Program-made: the position numbers and the translations under genes
Notes under the pieces: model-generated
Told to the model about the DNA's origin: nothing
The model's database searches: none
The model's input: only the letters and a program-made list of their open reading frames with translations
Source of the DNA: Mobula hypostoma
Taxonomy: Eukaryota
DNA: 64,000 bases
Assembly (NCBI RefSeq): GCF_963921235.1
Contig: NC_086108.1
Location: 58,716,001 to 58,780,000 of the forward strand
Direction: 5' to 3'
In this document: positions 13,155 to 26,004 of the stretch, one piece after another
How the letters are laid out: each line of letters opens with the position of its first letter
Numbering within the stretch: position 1 is the stretch's first letter

Positions 13155-14147
13155 CATTGTGACATTTCCAAATGCCACTCCACACTTTAAGAAGGGAGGG
13201 AGGCCGAAGAAAGGAAATTATGGGCCTGTTCGCCTGACTTCAGTGGTTAGGAAGATGTTGGAGTTCGTTATTAAGGATGAGGTCTCAGGGTACTTGGAGG
13301 CACATGATAAAATAGGCCAAAGTCAACATGGTTTCCTTAAGAGGAAATCTTGCCTGACAAATCTGCTGGAATTGTTTGTGAAATAACAGGCAGGTTAAAC
13401 AAAGGAGAGTGAATGGATGTTGTTCACTTGAATTTTCAGAAGGCCTTTGACAAGATGCCACACATGAGGCTGCTGAACAAGACAAGAGTGCATGGTATTA
13501 CTGGAAAGATACTAGCATGGAGAGAAGATTGGCTGATTGGCTGGAGGCAAAGAGTGGGAACAAAGGGACCTAAAGATTAACTTGCAGATTGAGTGAGTGG
13601 TAAGGAATGTAAATGCAATGTTAGCATTCATTTTGAGAATACTAGAATAAAGGAGCAAGGATATGATGCTGAAAATTTATAAGGCATTGGTCAGACTGTG
13701 TTGTGAGCAGTTTTGGACCCCTTATCTAAGAAAAGATGTGCTGGTATTGGAGAGGACCCAAAAGAGGCTCACGCTGATGAGTCCAGGGATGAAAGTGTTA
13801 ATGTATAAGGGGTGTTCGATGGCTCTGGAACTGTATTCACTGGAGTTTAGGAGAATAAGGGAGGATCTTATTGAAACCTATCAAATATTGAAAGGCCTGG
13901 AAAGAGTGAATGTGGAGAGGATGCTTCCGATAGTGGGTGAGTCTAGGACCAGACATCACAGGCTTAGAATAAAGGGATCTCAATTTAGAACAGAGATGAA
14001 AGGAATTTTTTTAGCCAGAGGGTGGGGATTCTGTGGAATTTACTGCCATGGATGGCTGTGGAGGCCAAATAATTGAGTACATTTAAAGCAGAGTTTGATA
14101 GGTTCTTGATTAGTCAGGGCATCAAAGGTTAAGGGGAGAAGGCAGGA
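13155..14147 (+). mobile_element. Older CR1 copy whose 3'UTR is split by the young CR1 (remainder 16344-16445)
   Basis: Degenerate RT pieces (GNYGPVRLTS, SQHGF). The 3'UTR GGCAGGA continues as GAATAGGG...TCAGCCGTGATTGAATGG after 16343. Confidence 0.85.
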
Positions 14148-16343
14148 TAAGGTATGAGACGTGAATTAGCTAAGATAGACTGGCAAATGACACTTAAAGG
14201 ATTGACATTGGATATGCAATGGCAAGCATTTAAAGGTTGCATGGATGAACTACAACAATTGTTCATCCCAGTTTGGCAAAAGAATAAATCAAGGAAGGTA
14301 GTGCACCCGTGGCTGACAAGAGAAATTAGGGATAGTATCAATTCCAAAGAAGTAGCATACAAATTAGCCAGAGAAAGTGGCTCACCTGAGGACTGGGAGA
14401 AATTCAGAGTTCAGCAGAGGAGGACAAAGGGCTTAATTAGGAAGGGGAAAAAAGATTATGAGAGAAAACTGGCAGGGAACATAAAAACGGACTGTAAAAG
14501 CTTTTATAGATATGTAAAAAGGAAAAGACTGGTAAAGACAAATGTAGGTCCCCTGCAGACAGAAACAGGTGAATTGATTATGGGGAGCAAGGACATGGCA
14601 GACCAATTGAATAATTACTTTGGTTCTGTCTTCACTAAGGAGGACATAAATAATCTTCCAGAAATAGTAAGGGACAGAGGGTCCAGTGAGATGGAGGAAC
14701 TGAGGGAAATACATGTTAGTAGGGAAGTGGTGTTAGGTAAATTGAAGGGATTGAAGGCAGATAAATCCCCAGGGCCAGATGGTCTGCATCCTAGAGTGCT
14801 TAAGGAAGTAGCCCAAGAAATAGTGGATGCATTAGTGATAATTTTTCAAAACTCGTTAGATTCTGGACTAGTTCCTGAGGATTGGAGGGTGGCTAATGTA
14901 ACCCCACTTTTTAAAAAAGGAGGGAGAGAGAAACCGGGGAATTATAGACTGGTTAGCCTAACGTCGGTGGTGGGGAAACTGCTGGAGTCAGTTATCAAGG
15001 ATGTGATAACAGCACATTTGGAAAGCGGAGAAATGATCGGACAAAGTCAGCATGGATTTGTGAAAGGAAAATCATGTCTGACAAATCTCATAGAATTTTT
15101 TGAGAATGTAACTAGTAGAGTGGATAGGGGAGAACCAGTGGATGTGGTATATTTGGATTTTCAAAAGGCTTTTGACAAGGTCCCACACAGGAGATTAGTG
15201 TGCAAACTTAAAGCACACGGTATTGGGGGTAAGGTATTGGTGTGGGTGGAGAATTGGTTAGCAGACAGGAAGCAAAGAGTGGGAATAAACGGGACCTTTT
15301 CAGAATTGCAGGCGGTGACTAGTGGGGTACCGCAAAGCTCAGTGCTGGGACCCCAGCTGTTTACAATATATATTAATGACTTGGATGAGGGAATTAAATG
15401 CAGCATCTCCAAGTTTGCGGATGACACGAAGCTGGGTGGCAGTGTTAGCAGTGAGGAGGATGCTAAGAGGATGCAGAGTGACTTGGATAGGTTGGGTGAG
15501 TGGGCAAACTCATGGCAGATGCAATTTAATGTGGATAAATGTGAAGTTATCCACTTTGGTGGCAAAAATAGGAAAACAGATTATTATCTGAATGGTGGCC
15601 GATTAGGAAAAGGGGAGGTGCAACGAGACCTGGGTGTCATTATACACCAGTCATTGAAAGTGGGCATGCAGGTACAGCAGGCGGTGAAAAAGGCGAATGG
15701 TATGCTGGCATTTATAGCGAGAGGATTCGAGTACAGGAGCAGGGAGGTACTACTGCAGTTGTACAAGGCCTTGGTGAGACCACACCTGGAGTATTGTGTG
15801 CAGTTTTGGTCCCCTAATCTGAGGAAAGACATCTTTGCCATAGAGGGAGTACAAAGAAGGTTCACCAGATTGATTCCTGAGATGGCAGGACTTTCATATG
15901 AAGAAAGACTGGATGAACTGGGCTTGTACTCGTTGGAATTTAGAAGATTGAGGGGGGATTTGATTGAAACGTATAAGATCCTAAAGGGATTGGACAGGCT
16001 AGATGCAGGAAGATTGTTCCCGATGTTGGGGAAGTCCAGAACGAGGGGTCACAGTTTGAGGATAGAGGGGAAGCCTTTTAGGACCGAGATTAGGAAAAAC
16101 TTCTTCACACAGAGAGTGGTGAATCTGTGGAATTCTCTGCCACAGCAAACTGTTGAGGCCAGTTCATTGGCTATGTTTAAGAGGGAGTTAGATATGGCCC
16201 TTGTGGCTACAGGGGTCAGGGGGTATGGAGGGAAGGCTGGGGCGGGGTTCTGAGTTGGATGATCAGCCATGATCATAATAAATGGTGGTGCAAGCTCGAA
16301 GGGCCGAATGGCCTACTCCTGCAACTATTTTCTATGTTTCTAT
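14148..16343 (+). mobile_element. Young 5'-truncated CR1 LINE with an open 699-codon ORF2 fragment (RT domain)
   Basis: ORF 14154..16253 has KSPGPDG, YLDFQKAFDKVPH, GVPQSSVLGP, FADD, RPHLEYC and LWNSLP. No endonuclease domain. Ends in a TTTCTATG repeat tail. Confidence 0.95.
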
Positions 16344-16948
16344 GAATAGGGCCGAGAGGGACACTAAATCAGCCGTGATTGAATGGCAGCACAGACTCGA
16401 TGGACTGATTGGCCCAATTCTGCTCCTATCTCTTAGTGTCTTACGGTGTATTTATTTTCCATGAGGTGTGCGAACTTCTTACTCATCTTTTCAAATCAGA
16501 GCACTTCATAGTTAACTTGTCAATTGTATGCCCATTTGTCAGGTTTATTTATGCCTTACTATTTGGATATATGATTCTGAGCCTAATTAACTATTTGAAA
16601 TGGTTTAGACAAATAGTCCCAACTTCAATCTTTTACAGAAGTTTTGCCAATCTAAATAACCAAATAATGTATGTTTTATGGTCAGCTATTCATTCTGATG
16701 TTTGTCCCAGCTCCATTTGTTCTGATTTAAGTTACTTCTCTGGAATCACATCATTCTTCGTAAAAGGTCTTAATCCACTTTAAAATATAGTTAAAGGTTC
16801 TTTTTAAAATTTGGTCAATAAATTTTCATAAAGCTTGTCTTTTAATGCATTAGTTATGAAGTGATATGATAGAGATGTCATTCCTACCCCAGTGGAAGTT
16901 TCGGGAGTTCCCTGCATTTCCTTGTTTTCCAGTGCTGGTGTGGATCTA

Positions 16949-17123
16949 CACACAAAAGGATGGAGGAACTCAGCGGGTCAGGCAGCATCTATGGAGGGAA
17001 ATTGACAGTTGACTTTTTAACTTGACCGTCCATTTTCTTCCATAGATGATGCCTGACCTCTAGGGTTCCTTCAGCTTTGTGTGTGTCGACCCAGAATCCA
17101 ATGTCTGCAGTATCTTGTGTTTC
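16949..17123. mobile_element. Fold-back Penelope-terminus element, older subfamily, 14-bp TSD
   Basis: Inverted arms (...GGCAGCATCTATGGA / TCCATAGATGATGCC...). TSD CTG[G/T]TGTGGATCTA at 16935-16948 and 17124-17137. Confidence 0.75.
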
Positions 17124-17419
17124 CTGTTGTGGATCTAAACCAGTAGCAACATCAGTAGCTGTTAAGGTAATTCACTGAGTGTGACAATTGTTTGTATCAA
17201 GTCAGCTCTACTTGGAGACAACTAGTAAATGTGATGGTGAGATATTGCATAAAATTTACTGTAATTCCCTTGACACTTTCAAATACTTTTCTAAATATAT
17301 ATATCAGAGACAGTCTCTATTTTAGTAGCCTTGTAACTAGCAAATATAACTATATAGCTAGATACTAAATCTGTGAAACAGAGGTAGTATTCTTTCATTC
17401 CTACAATGAACAAATACAA

Positions 17420-18273
17420 ACAGTGAGGAAGGTTTTCAAAGCTTGCAGAGGGATTTGGACCAGCTGGAAAAATGGGCTGAAAAAATGGCAGATGGAGTGT
17501 GACAGACAAGTGTGAGGTATTGCACTTTGGGAGGACAAACCAAGGTAGAACATACAAAGTAAATGGTAGGGCACTGAGGAGTGCAGTGGAACAGAGGGAT
17601 CTGGGAATACAGATACAAAATTCCCTAAAAGTGGCGTCACAGGTAGATAGGGTCGTAACGAGAGCTTTTGATACATTGGCCTTTATAAATCAAAGTATGG
17701 AGTATAAGAGTTGGAATGTTATGGTGAGGTTGTGTACAGTTTTGGACACCAAATTACAGGAAGGATATTAATAAGGTTGAAAGAGTGCAGAGAAGGTTTA
17801 CAAGGATGTGGCCGGGACTTGAGAAACTGAGTTACAGAGAAAGGTTGAATAGGTTAGGACTTTATTCCCTGGAGCGTAGAAGAATGAGGGGAGATTTGAT
17901 AGAGGTATATAAAATTATGATGGGTATAGACAGAGCAAATGCAAACAGGCTTTTTCCACTGAGGCTAGGGGAGAAAAAAAACAGAGGACATGGGTTAAGG
18001 GTGAAGGGGGAAAAGTTTGAAGGGAACATTGGGGGGGGGGCTTCTTCACACAGAGAGTGGTGGGAGTGTGGAATGAGCTGCCAGATGAAGTGGTAAATGT
18101 GGGCTCACTTTTAACATTTAAGAAAAACTTGGACAGATACATGGATGAGAGGTGTATGGAGGGATATGGTCCACATGCAGGTCAGTGGGACTGGGCAGAA
18201 AAATGGTTCAGCACATCCAAGAAGGGCCAAAAGGCCTGTTTCTGTGCTGTAATGTTCTATGGTTCTATGGTTC
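17420..18273 (+). mobile_element. CR1 3' fragment
   Basis: KCEVLHFGR and LGLYSLERRRMRGDLIEVYK. (TTCTATGG)n tail. Confidence 0.9.
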
Positions 18274-18434
18274 TAAACAACACATTGAAATCTAAAGGAA
18301 TCATCATGTGCTACAAACAAAATTCTAAATGGCATTTACTATTGTAAGTGCTTCATAATTCAAGACTAAATAACATATGTGTAACTCCTGATTGACATCT
18401 TTACTCAGATGACATTATCACCATTCCTTAAGTA

Positions 18435-18705
18435 AGACCATAAGACATAGGAACAGAAGTAGGCCATTCATTCATGGCTGATCTAATTCTTCCAGTCATC
18501 CCAACTCCCCATACCCTTTGATGCCCTGGCTAATCAAGAACCTATCTATCTCTGCCTTAAATGCACCCAATAACTTGGCCTCCACAGCTGCTCGTGGCAA
18601 CCAATCCACAGATTTACCACGCTCCGACTAAAGTAATTTCTCCACATCTCTGTTCTAAAGGGATGTCCTTCAATCCTGAATTTGTGCCCTCTTGTCCTAG
18701 ACTGT
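18435..18705 (-). mobile_element. CR1 3' fragment
   Basis: SRTRGHKFRIEGHPFRTEM plus 3'UTR. Confidence 0.8.
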
Positions 18706-19684
18706 CCAAGAGAAACGCCCAAGGTAATCACCCACTGTTATACTGCATGGTGCCTTTGCATACCAGTTCCAATGTCTTCCAGTAGTAGGCTGCAACGTGG
18801 TCTGTATCTAGGCTCAGTGCAGCTCCACCGACAAACTGGAAACCCTGGCTGGTTCCCCCGATCAACAAGCAGCTCCCTGATGGGGTAGACCACAGCACGT
18901 GAAGCACTTGGAGCCCAGCACCATCTTGTGATTGTAAAAAAAAAGAGGCCAATGTGTCTGAATGCATCACCATCTTACTCAAGGTTTATCAACATTACAC
19001 ATTTTAAAATTGGAGGATCTAAGTATTGAACCAAAGAATAGGAACTAAACCACAATCATCCAGACTGAATGGGGTTCGAGAAGTTAAAAATAGTGATCAG
19101 GTTATAGCAAATATGAGTTAAACACATTTCATTTGTGATTTAAAGGGATGGCCTAGAGAGTTAAAGTGTACCACACCTTAAAACATTGGAGAAAGTATCA
19201 GTAAGTGGTTAGTTTTATTATTTTGATATTTGGGGGTCATATTTATTCCTGACAAGGGGTGGAAAATAACTCCTGCTTGGATAGATCAACATGAGAAATA
19301 CAGTAAAAAGCTACCTCGGCTGTGCTTAGAAGTCAACATTTATCTGAGAAAAGTGCAGGGTGATGTCAATTTTGATTAAACTCAACAGTACAAAATAGTT
19401 AAAAAATTATTCAAAACAGTCCGCTGCACTTGCATGAACAATTTATATAGTAAGTACAGGACCAACTTAGGACACAAAACAAATTGATAACTTTATTGGA
19501 TATATACTGCGTTTTCTCTCTCTCTCACACACACATATATATATATATACAATGTAATTAACACTCTTACAGTGACAATAACAACTCCATATTGAAAAAT
19601 ACATCACTGATGAATTCCATATGATTAAAATACAACTCTTCAAATTAAATTTTGGATCTGCATTACATAAATTCTGTATTTAAT

Positions 19685-21120
19685 TGCTGCAGCTCCTCAG
19701 GGAACTTGCTAAGGAACTGGAGCTGCAGCGCGATGACCTTTGGCATAAACTGGAAAATAGGAGCTACAGGGAGGTAGTCAACCCTAAGTAGCAGGAGGCA
19801 GGTACCTGGGTGACTGTCAGAAGAGGGAAAGGACATGGACAGCCAGTGCAGAGTAACCCCGCTTTGGATACTTTTGGAGGAGATGACCTACCGGGGTGGG
19901 GGTTGGGGGGGACCGCAGCAACGGGGACTCTGGCGCTGAGGATAGACAAAGGAGAATCAGTTGATGTTGTGTACCTGGGTTTTCAGAAGGCCTTTGACAA
20001 GGTGTCACACATGAGGCTGCTTAACAAGCTATGAAATTACAGGAAGGATTGTAGCATGGATAAAGCAGTGGCCAATTGGCAGGAAGCAAAGAATAGGAAT
20101 AAAGGGAGCCTTTTCTTATTGGCTGCTGCTGATCAGTGGTGTTCCACAAGGGTTGGTGTTGGGGTCACTTCTTTCTACATTATATGTTAATGATTTGGAT
20201 GATGGAATTGATGGCTTTGTGGCCAGGTTTGTTGACGTTATGAACATAAGTGGAAGGGCAGGGAATGTAGAAAGTGGTAGGCTGCAGAAGGACTTAGACA
20301 AATTAGGAGAATGGGCAAAAATGAGGCAGATTGAATACTATGTTGGGAAGTATTGGTTATACACTTTGGTAGAAAGAATAAATGCATAGACTATTTTCTA
20401 AACAGAGAGAAAATTCAAAATCCGAGGTGCAAAGGGACTTGAGGGTCCTCTGCAGGATTCCCTAAGTGTTAACTTGCAGGTTGAGTCCATGGTGAGGAAG
20501 GCGAATGCAATGTTAACATTCATTTCCAGTGAACTAGAATATAAAAGTAGGGATGTAATGCTGAGGCTTTATAAGGCACTGCTGAAACCTCATTTGGAGT
20601 ATTATGAACAGTTTTGGACCACTGATCTAACAACGGATGTGCGACATTGGAGAGGGTTCAGGGAAGGTTCACAAAAATGACTCTGGAAATGGAAGATTTA
20701 TTGTATGAGGAGTGATCGATGGCTGTGGGCCTTTACTTCCTAGAATTTTGAAGTATGGTGGGGGGGATCCCATTTAAACCTAAAAGTTTTAAGTTGGACA
20801 TGGAGAAAATGACCTCTGTAGTGGGGGAAGGTTAGAACCAGAGGGCACAGCTTCAGAATTAAGGAACAACCACTGAGATGGAAATGCAGAGGAATTTCAT
20901 TAGCAAGGGCACTGAATTTTGGAATTTGTTGCCACAGGCAGCTATGGAGGCCAGGTCATAGGATGTTTATGGCAGAGGTTGATAAGCTCTTGATTAGTCA
21001 AGGCATGAAAGGTTATGAGGAGAAGACAGGAAAATGGCGTTGAAAGGGGAAATGGATCAGCCATGATGAAATGCTGGAGAAGTCTAATTTTGCTCCTGTG
21101 TCTTATGGTCTTTGGTCTTA
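19685..21120 (+). mobile_element. Internally deleted CR1 copy downstream of the PTGER3 stop
   Basis: VDVVYLGFQKAFDKV, GVPQG and KPHLEY remnants, with a CR1 3'UTR. Confidence 0.85.
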
Positions 21121-21579
21121 ATTATATGTCACTGATTTCTGAATTATATAAGAAAAAAATAATTACCACATTAACTACAACACTATATGTGCAAATATTT
21201 AATATTGCCTTTAAATTGTACAGTTATCATATGCATATATATTGGTAACTTTCACGAAGAGAATATTGTTTAGATACTTCTGAATGCAGTTAGTCTGCAA
21301 TTCTGTATTAGACATAGAAGCATATAATCATTTTTTTAAAACTTCCTTATCCGTTTTGATGCTGCTGTCTTCTTCCCAAGTACGAAATTCCTATTTCATA
21401 TGAGCTATTGTTTGACACAAGACAGAGGTTCTCTGTCATTTCCTGGGTGTCCATTAGTTATGCAGTTATCTAGTAAGGAACTAAACTTTAGAAGAATAAT
21501 TAAGAGCTGGTTTACATGCACAGTCTAAAGTGTTCAAATTTTCCTCATCTTGCCGTCAATCAGGCTGTAAGGCATTGAT

Positions 21580-21879
21580 TTATGGTTGTTTTCTCAAATG
21601 GACCCTTACTTCAGCTGTTACTGGAACCTCTTTCAAACCCTCTACCGAGCAATTAGTAACAGCAGTGGCCACCTGATGTGCCTTCCTTAATAGGATTGCT
21701 CGGAGTAGCAAATAAACCCAGGGGTCAAGGATCTGATTTAATGATGCCAGTCTAATCGCTGTGAGGAGAGAACTGCAATTACTTTGCTGCTCAGTGTTGG
21801 AGATTGATGACTTGGCTAGAAAAGAAACGGAGCAGGCCTCAGGCGAACTTTTGATGTAGATCATTTTCAGCATCAATAC
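21580..21879 (-). CDS. PTGER3: PTGER3 coding exon 2 (ECL3, TM7, read-through C-tail, stop)
   Basis: Acceptor ttcctcag|GTA is phase 0. Encodes VLMLKMI...[19 protein letters not shown]...[10 protein letters not shown]...KQP*, matching EP3 TM7 ([14 protein letters not shown]). Joined protein is 363 aa. Confidence 0.95.
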   Translation of the reverse strand, partial: VLMLKMIYIKSSPEACSVSFLAKSSISNTEQQSNCSSLLTAIRLASLNQILDPWVYLLLRAILLRKAHQVATAVTNCSVEGLKEVPVTAEVRVHLRKQP

Positions 21880-21967
21880 CTGAGGAAGATATGATTAAAA
21901 GATATTAGTCAAAAGCAGAAGTTTATGATATAAAACATTATATACAGTACATACATATTTATATATA

Positions 21968-23548
21968 GAATGCCTTAACAAAGTATTTAGCATCCCCAAC
22001 AATTTTCACATTTTGCTGCCTCATTTTCTAAACTTAAAATGTATGGAAGTACAGTAGGATTTTTGAACTAATCTACAAAACATGTCAAATCAAAAGAAAA
22101 ATTCCAAAACCTGTCACCAATTTACTAAAAATTGAAAACCAAAATTGTGAGGCCAAGGAAGTATTCATTCCTATGCTAACTTTCCTCAGGTGCAATATAC
22201 TGTATCACCTTACCAACTCACCCAATTTGTTGATGTAGAGAACTGGAGGAGCACCTGCTTTCAATGAATTCATAAGAATAAATACTCCCTCTCTCTGCAA
22301 GGTCCAATAATATGGTAGATTTTCAACAGACCAAACCAAAATGAAGACCAAAGAGCAGTCAAAACAAGTCGGGGAAATGATAATAGAAAAGCAGAAATTG
22401 GGGAAGAGTACAAGGACCATCTCAAAGGCACTGAACATATGTTGGAGCTCAGTGCGGTCCATAGTGAAAATGTGGAAAAAATATTAAACCATAGCCACAC
22501 TACCTAGGTCAGCTTGCCCTTCTAAACTTAATTGCTGGAGAAGAATGGCACTTGTAAGAGAGGCTACTGCGACACCAACAGTCACTGAATGAACTGTAGA
22601 AGTCAGTAGCTGCAACTGGAGATGAAGTTCATGACTAAACAATCCCTAAGGCTTTGCAAAAAAATGCTATTTTAAGGAAGAGTGGCAAGGAAGAACCCCT
22701 GGCTAAAAATAAAACATATCCTTGCCTGTAAAGACTTTCCATACTGTAAAGATGTGGAAGAAAGTCTGTGGTCAGATGAGACTAAAGTGGAACTTTTTGG
22801 CCTCAACAGTAAGCAGTACATGTGACGTAAATATAATATTGTGCATCACTACAACACTAACCCTACTGTAAAAGATGATGGAGATTGCATCATGTTATGG
22901 GATACTTTTCAGCAGCAGGAACTGGAAATATGATCAGAATTGATGGGAAAATGAATGTTGCTAAATACAGCGATATCCTGGATAAAAACCTGCTAGCCTC
23001 TGCCAGAAAGCTTAAACTGGGTAGGAAATTTTCAGCTGGACAATGACCTAAAACACAATGCACGCTGCCAGAGCAACTACGGAGTGGCTTCAAATGAAGA
23101 AAATTGATGCCCTTGAGTGGCCCTGTCAGAGTTTTGACCTTAACTTGATCAAACAGCTCTGGTAAGACATCAAGATTGTAGTCCACTGCCACTCCCCAAC
23201 TAACCTGGCACAGTTTGAGCAATTGTGCAAGAATGGGCAAATCTTGCTCCAAAATGTTGTGCAAAGCTAATAGTGACTTATCCAAAAAGACTACCAGCTG
23301 TTATAGCTGCGAGAGGAGGTTCTATTAAGTACTGAGCAAAGGAGGATGAATACTTTTGAAATGCTGACATTTTAGATTAGAGTTTTCAGGTTTTCCTGCT
23401 TTACAATTATTCCTGTTTTTTGGGGTCTACTGTGAAAAAAAGGAGCACGTGAAATAAAAATTCTCAGTTAAATTGATCAAAATCCTTGATTGTAATACTC
23501 ATGTATGTGAACAAAGGGTTGGGGGTTGAATACTTTTGCAAGGCACAG
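21968..23548 (+). mobile_element. Decayed full-length Tc1-like DNA transposon
   Basis: TIR ends ATGCCTTAACAAAGTATT / AATACTTTTGCAAGGCAC. Transposase remnant 22341-23335 includes MKTKEQSKQV, WSDETKVELFG, DNDLKH and [13 protein letters not shown], with stops and frameshifts. Confidence 0.9.
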
Positions 23549-24019
23549 CATAGTTTCAAATATTTCCTGAATAATCTACTGATCTGAGTGTGATTTGTGA
23601 AGAGGGTAATACCTATACCATATTTTACAACACCACTGTAAGAATCTCAAACTTCCCACATATTTCAGGAATGAAGAAAGTACATAGAAATAAGGTTCTG
23701 CAAAGCATTTTAAGCTCATCTAAATAAACTGATATTCAGAAGAGATAAAGTTTACTGTATGGAGCATCTTTGAAGTTAGAATTGGCTGCATTGCTGGGTG
23801 AAAGCAGCAGCGGAAGCTTACAGATGCATAGAAACATTATTGATCATACTGATTTTAGCAAACTGAACTCCCAGTGTTGAGTTTCACTTTATACTAAATG
23901 AGTTTTGATAAGACAGGCATTAGTTTTATGATAACATTTCATTACAGAAGGCAATCAGTGAAGAAATATCTAGATGTGGATGACATTCTGTGAAATTACA
24001 GCTTTGGGTGGTGGTGTGA

Positions 24020-24720
24020 TGTTGAGGTTAGCACAGTTGTCTCACAGTTCCACAATCCAGACTTGATCTACTTTGGGTGCTGGCTGTGTTTAGTTGTACA
24101 TTCTCCTGTGACTGCTTGGTTGTCTGTTTTCCTCCTGTCTCCTAAAGACGTGCTGACTAATAGGTTAGTTGGTTACTGTAAGTTGCCTACAAACTACTGT
24201 CCCTCACATGCCCACTAACATTCCCTGATTCTCCAACTTCAGTGGGATGTTAGTGGGCATGTAAGGGAAAGTAGGTTAAAGGGAAATAAGTGGAGAATTG
24301 AGATTGATTGGATTGTACTGAGAGGCAGAATAGATTCAATGCTCTTTTTCTATATTATAAGGGAGTACAAGTAAGAGGACCTGAGTGCAATGAAATATTC
24401 CAGGCTCACTCTACCATTTGGGAATGACAACCAATGACAACTCAGCTAGTGGAGCTGCTGCCTTGTAGCTCTAACAGCCTGGTTTCAAACCTGACAACCA
24501 ATGATATCTGCGTAATTTCCCTAGTTCTCCCCCCTCCCCATTCCAGAGATACTGTACTGTATACAGGTTGATATGCTAATTAACCTACAGAGGTGAATGG
24601 TAGATCTGGGGGAGTTAATGGGAAAGTGGGGAGAATAAAAGAATGGGATTACTGTCAGATAAGTCAAATGGTTAGTTGATAATTGGTGCAGAATGGCCTG
24701 TGCCTGTTCTGCATGAATTA
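24020..24720 (+). mobile_element. Two decayed V-SINE-like tRNA SINEs
   Basis: Degenerate heads near 24022 and 24442. CATTCTCCTGTGACTGC...TTTCCTCC...AAAGACGTG core. Confidence 0.5.
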
Positions 24721-26004
24721 AAGCTGTGGCTTCACAATGAACCACTGTGAGATGATGTAGTTCATATTAGTCTTTCCGCTCAAGAGTATTCTGCATTTCT
24801 ACCACAGCAATAGTAAGATATGTCCTTAAAAATGTACTTTCTTCTACACCACTCCACTCTAAATGTTAATGTTTTGCACGGAAATGTAGACCCTGAGCTG
24901 TAATGTTATATTTCATGGCTTTGTATTTATGGCCATTTGTTCTCTTTTAAGTTAAAACCAATATTCACCAATAAAGTTAACAATAGTCTATATACCCTAA
25001 CTTTCAAATGTCCCCTTAGCAGAGTAAATAGCAAATGTTTCTTCAGCTTTTTCATGAACTCTGATTTCTCCAATAGGTTGAAATTCCCACAGGATCAATT
25101 AGTGTCTAAGATTGGACACAGCATTTGAGATTTGAAAAGTGTCCATTTTGATCATGATGTTCTGGGATATCTTCTTTTTTAGTTATGTCTTTCAATATTC
25201 AATAGACTTTCTTGATTGCTATTTTGCAATAATTGGATATGTTCAGTGACAATCTACCAGGATTCACAAGTCATTCTGTGCTTATCCATAGCCGTATCAG
25301 CACCATTCATAGACTTTATTCATGGCTTATATTTCCTTTCCTACATCCAGTTATTTGCAATTTGCTGCATTAATTTTCATCTACCAGTTATTGGCCTACA
25401 TATTTATTTTGTTAGTCTCAGTATAGTTTTAAGATGCTTATTCCATCTTCATGACATTATCCCACCATTTGCTCTGTGTTTCTAAAGTTATTACTTTAGG
25501 CCTGTTGGAAGTCCAGGGACAGAGGATAATGATTCATCCTGGCAAAGTATTACACACCCAACTGGGCGGACTGATTTATTTTGACCTATGCAAAAACAAT
25601 AAGATAAACAGTTTCCCATAAAGCTTATCCTTCAGATGGGAAGAAATAAATATGATATCAAAAAGAAATTATAACCATACAAAAAGGTATCGATATTATA
25701 AAGTTCAAGATTAAGTGAAAAATAATTTAACCATAATATAACATCAAAAGTATATTCAAGTTCTCTTGAACCAGTGATGAACGACAAGCATACAGAAAAG
25801 ACCGATTTTCTAATTATTCATTCATAACCAGGAGGAAAGCTTCCAAATAAGCTAAAAACAAAATTAGAAATCCTCTGAGGCTCAAAATAGACTAATAAAA
25901 TCAATAGGACAATTCAATGTGTGACTCCCAATCAAAACTTAATTTACCAGAAGCCAGAAATGACAGAACCATATATTCTCTACAAAACTGTTGACTTTTT
26001 CGTT

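Noticed and set aside
14154..16253. 699-aa ORF as a host gene
   Set aside because: It is a 5'-truncated CR1 ORF2 with a CR1 tail and many decayed paralogues in the window.
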